Positions 17,597 through 20,000 of a stretch of 20,000 nt of DNA are shown here, piece by piece. Numbering within the stretch: position 1 is the first letter of the stretch; each line of letters starts with the position of its first letter. This DNA comes from an uncultured virus (IMG/VR IMGVR_UViG_3300008952_002242) (taxonomy: Duplodnaviria; Heunggongvirae; Uroviricota; Caudoviricetes): IMG/VR virus record IMGVR_UViG_3300008952_002242, positions 111,242 through 131,241 of that record. One strand, 5' to 3'. The notes beneath the pieces are model-generated. The model was not told where the DNA came from. It was given only the letters and a program-made list of their open reading frames with translations, and searched no databases. The translations under genes were made by a program, and so were the position numbers.

Positions 17597-18626
17597 TTTC
17601 CTCTTCTACTAACATAGCTTCTGACAAACATCCTCTTGAAACAGCTGTGTGAGCATCCTCAATTAATACTATTTCTGAAATTGGTATAGGGAAATCATTT
17701 TGATCAAATTGTTCATTGAACACATCTAAAAATCCTTCCACCAAAGCAGTTCCCCCACCTATAACTATTGGTACAGGTTCAGGAAAATTAGGTACATTTT
17801 CAATACCCTCAAATTGAACTTTTAAGTTCGTTAATAAATAGTTAATAAGAGCAGCATAATAAGAACGAACCGCAATTAATATATTAGCTTCTTCAGTACC
17901 CTCGTCATATACATCAATTTTTGACTTTGATATATTTAAACTATTCGAAACTTCTTTTATATTAGTTACTTTTGCTTCTGAAACTCCAGTATCCTGTGAA
18001 ACATTAGTATCTATCCAATCACCCCCACGAGCAACACTAAAAGAAAGTGCAGTCATTCCTTGATACATAACGGCTACATTACACATACCGGCACCCATTG
18101 AGATTGCAACGCCCGTCAAAGCACTATCTACTAATCCTTCATATCCAAGTGCAACAGATTCTTCTATCTTCTTTACATCATATCCGTATTGTTCAATAAT
18201 TGTTTTTAATACATCTTCATGATAAGAAACTTCTCTTTTTATATCAATTGGTTTTGCAGGAATACAATAAACACAAACTTCTTTATTTGGTTTAGCTTTT
18301 GTTGGTTTTTTTGCTTTACCTAAAAGTTCACCAATAATAGCATTCAATATTGGAAGTGCGTCATTTTCTTGTGGATTCAGTAAACCACTTTTCATTGGTC
18401 GTCTTAAATGAGATGTACTGAATATCTGTGCATAGTTAAAAGCGTGCTGACCAACAATATGTACTCTATTAGCCTTTTCAACATATGGAATATTTTGTCG
18501 TTTTAACATTCTCTTTACTTGTGAAGATTCCCCCTCAACAGTTAAAAAAGCATTTCTTTGTTTTTTAATTTTCTTTTCTCTTGCTGCAATATAAAATGAT
18601 GTACCACAATCTATACCTACACTCAT
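17574..18626 (-). CDS. Actin-superfamily ATPase (volactin/MreB/MamK-like)
   Basis: Five actin-fold motifs in order: phosphate-1 VGIDCGTS, connect-1 IEESVALGY, phosphate-2 GVAISMGAGMCNV, adenosine IVIGGGTALVEGF, connect-2 DAHTAVSRGCL. 350 aa; AGGAG SD at 18633-18637; ATGA overlap with the upstream gene. Confidence 0.9.
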   Translation of the reverse strand: MSVGIDCGTSFYIAAREKKIKKQRNAFLTVEGESSQVKRMLKRQNIPYVEKANRVHIVGQHAFNYAQIFSTSHLRRPMKSGLLNPQENDALPILNAIIGELLGKAKKPTKAKPNKEVCVYCIPAKPIDIKREVSYHEDVLKTIIEQYGYDVKKIEESVALGYEGLVDSALTGVAISMGAGMCNVAVMYQGMTALSFSVARGGDWIDTNVSQDTGVSEAKVTNIKEVSNSLNISKSKIDVYDEGTEEANILIAVRSYYAALINYLLTNLKVQFEGIENVPNFPEPVPIVIGGGTALVEGFLDVFNEQFDQNDFPIPISEIVLIEDAHTAVSRGCLSEAMLVEEENEESNGE

Positions 18627-18946
18627 AACCCACTCCTAAGTTCTTTTAATTTGTCTTTTTGTAATTTAACAGACCCTTTTATTGTTTCATCCGTATCTAT
18701 TTTAAAATCTGTTGGTTTTTCTGCAACAATATGTTTCTTTATATTCACGTCTACAACCCCAATATCTTTTTTTGTTTTTGGTAACTCAACCTCAACAGCT
18801 GATGGTGTTGAAATAGTTTTATAAATTTCTTTAGGGTGTTTCCCATAATGATTTTTTAGTAAAAGATGTAATATTAATCCGATTTGCCATAAAACTAATG
18901 ATATTAATATATAATTAAATAACCATTCTATTAAAAAATCTCTCAT
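18623..18946 (-). CDS. Small single-pass membrane protein coupled to the actin-like gene
   Basis: N-terminal hydrophobic helix FLIEWLFNYILISLVLWQIGLILHLLL then a charged soluble tail; stop overlaps the actin-like start (ATGA). Confidence 0.8.
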   Translation of the reverse strand: MRDFLIEWLFNYILISLVLWQIGLILHLLLKNHYGKHPKEIYKTISTPSAVEVELPKTKKDIGVVDVNIKKHIVAEKPTDFKIDTDETIKGSVKLQKDKLKELRSGL

Positions 18947-20000
18947 ATTGTTCTTGTAACCTATGTTTTTTTATTGGTTTCTTTTCTTTAGATTCCTTTA
19001 TTGGGCGATATTTTTTTCCGTTAACTGTAATTTCACCTTTTAATTCTTTGCCAGTTCTATATTGAGAACCTCTATGTCCAAGAGCACCCATCATTCCGCC
19101 AGCACCACCGCTTGGTTCTTCTGGTACATGCTTATCCATCATCCTACCAGCCTCTTTCTTAAAATTTTCTAACTTTTCATCAAAATCATCCCAAGCATCA
19201 TCATTTCCTCCTTGGGTAGCATCCATAAATGAATCTTCCATATCAGAATACATATTCCCCAATTGACGAGTAAATTTTTTACCAAGTTTATCTTGATGAT
19301 CTTCTAACCAACCAGCAACATCATCTGGTTCATTATAATCCTCTAACTCAGCTTTAGCTTGTTCCTTTGGAGAAGAACCTTCTGGTTCACCACTTGGTTC
19401 TTCACCACCAGAATCTTTTGCTTTTTTAAGTGCACTCCTTGCAGATTTCAGTTCATCCCATTCCTCTTGAGATGGTTCAGCCACCATATTACGCAAATTT
19501 GGGTCGTATGATGACATCGCTTGGTGCTGTAACATTCTTGAGTGATGATCCAAATGCTTTTCAAGTTGATCGTGTTCTTCAGAAGACATATCCGCAGGGT
19601 CTTTAGATAGATGTGCATTACCTGTAGCTTTTCTATTTGCATCTCTTTGGTCTGGCCAAGAAAGTTTTTTAGGTTCAGGTTTTGGTTCAGGTTTTGGTTC
19701 AGCATTCACACCATACTTTTGTTTAGGTTTATAATCCGGATCTGGTTGATTGGCCATGTGTGACCGCGGCCCGTCAGGTCCATGTTGAAATGGATCAGCG
19801 GCTATTTTTGTCTGTGTTGTAGGTTCTTTGCCATCATCTCCACCAGCACTATCATCTCCACCTTTTGCATAAGCCACTGCGCTTTCTTTATCATCACCAA
19901 AAGAATCTTGATTGCCAGTATCTTTATTTATTGCTTGCCAAGCTCCTTTCCCGCCTTTTGGATCTTCTGGATCATCACCTGCTTGATGTGCTTGCCAAAC
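18915..20000 (-). CDS. Acidic low-complexity protein, 5' truncated; possible internal head protein
   Basis: The frame of the 18915..19877 ORF stays open to the window edge (VWQAHQAGDDPEDPKGGKGAWQAINKDTGNQDSFGDDKESAVAYAKG...), so the GTG at 19877 is probably internal. Rich in D/E/G/P/K; function is inferred. Confidence 0.6.
   Translation of the reverse strand, partial: VWQAHQAGDDPEDPKGGKGAWQAINKDTGNQDSFGDDKESAVAYAKGGDDSAGGDDGKEPTTQTKIAADPFQHGPDGPRSHMANQPDPDYKPKQKYGVNAEPKPEPKPEPKKLSWPDQRDANRKATGNAHLSKDPADMSSEEHDQLEKHLDHHSRMLQHQAMSSYDPNLRNMVAEPSQEEWDELKSARSALKKAKDSGGEEPSGEPEGSSPKEQAKAELEDYNEPDDVAGWLEDHQDKLGKKFTRQLGNMYSDMEDSFMDATQGGNDDAWDDFDEKLENFKKEAGRMMDKHVPEEPSGGAGGMMGALGHRGSQYRTGKELKGEITVNGKKYRPIKESKEKKPIKKHRLQEQYERFFNRMVI
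19668..19701. repeat. 12-bp tandem repeat (~3 copies) encoding EPKP-EPKP-EPK linker
   Basis: Minus strand gaa cca aaa cct gaa cca aaa cct gaa cct aaa. Confidence 0.8.

Noticed and set aside
17327..18946. Classical ParMRC partition cassette
   Set aside because: No iterated centromere-like repeats or intergenic space nearby, the upstream partner is a membrane protein, and the motifs look volactin-like. Not fully excluded, since the 89-aa basic protein could bind DNA.
16760..19701. Short tandem repeats as CRISPR or diversity elements
   Set aside because: Both are in-frame coding repeats (MGDEEE, EPKP) of 2-3 copies with no spacers.
16189..19705. Alternate-frame minus-strand ORFs 16189..16446 and 19448..19705
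   Set aside because: Nested in low-complexity parts of real genes; the Met/Lys- and Asn/Leu-rich translations are frame-shifted readings of GAT/GAA and CCT-GAA-CCA-AAA repeats.
19875..19877. GTG at 19877 as the true start of the last gene
   Set aside because: No SD upstream and the frame remains open with protein-like sequence to position 20000.
1..20000. Stop codon reassignment, as seen in some large phages
   Set aside because: Long genes are uninterrupted in the standard code, and TAA, TAG (2463, 7843) and TGA (17574, 18623) all end genes at junctions with the next gene.

Overview
AT-rich segment of a large tailed myovirus-type phage genome, almost fully coding on the minus strand. It holds a virion morphogenesis cluster with a T4-superfamily head and neck. 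In transcription order (right to left): partial acidic low-complexity protein, membrane-anchored small protein, actin-superfamily ATPase (volactin/MreB-like), hypothetical, phage ribosomal protein bS21, acidic scaffold, gp23-like major capsid protein, terminator, gp13/gp14-like neck proteins, hypothetical, gp15-like tail terminator, hypothetical, tail sheath, tail tube, small membrane protein, tail assembly chaperone with an apparent +1/-2 frameshift extension, tape measure, tube-initiator-like protein, LysM-like baseplate protein, partial baseplate hub-like protein. The most notable item is a candidate phage cytoskeletal module. The actin-like gene is coupled to a membrane-anchored protein whose ~44-aa C-terminal motif reappears in an unannotated protein among the neck genes, and bS21 lies in the same run of coupled genes. 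A recurring ATATTTAT motif and GGAG(A) Shine-Dalgarno sites precede the structural genes. All family assignments come from motif recognition and gene order, not from database searches.
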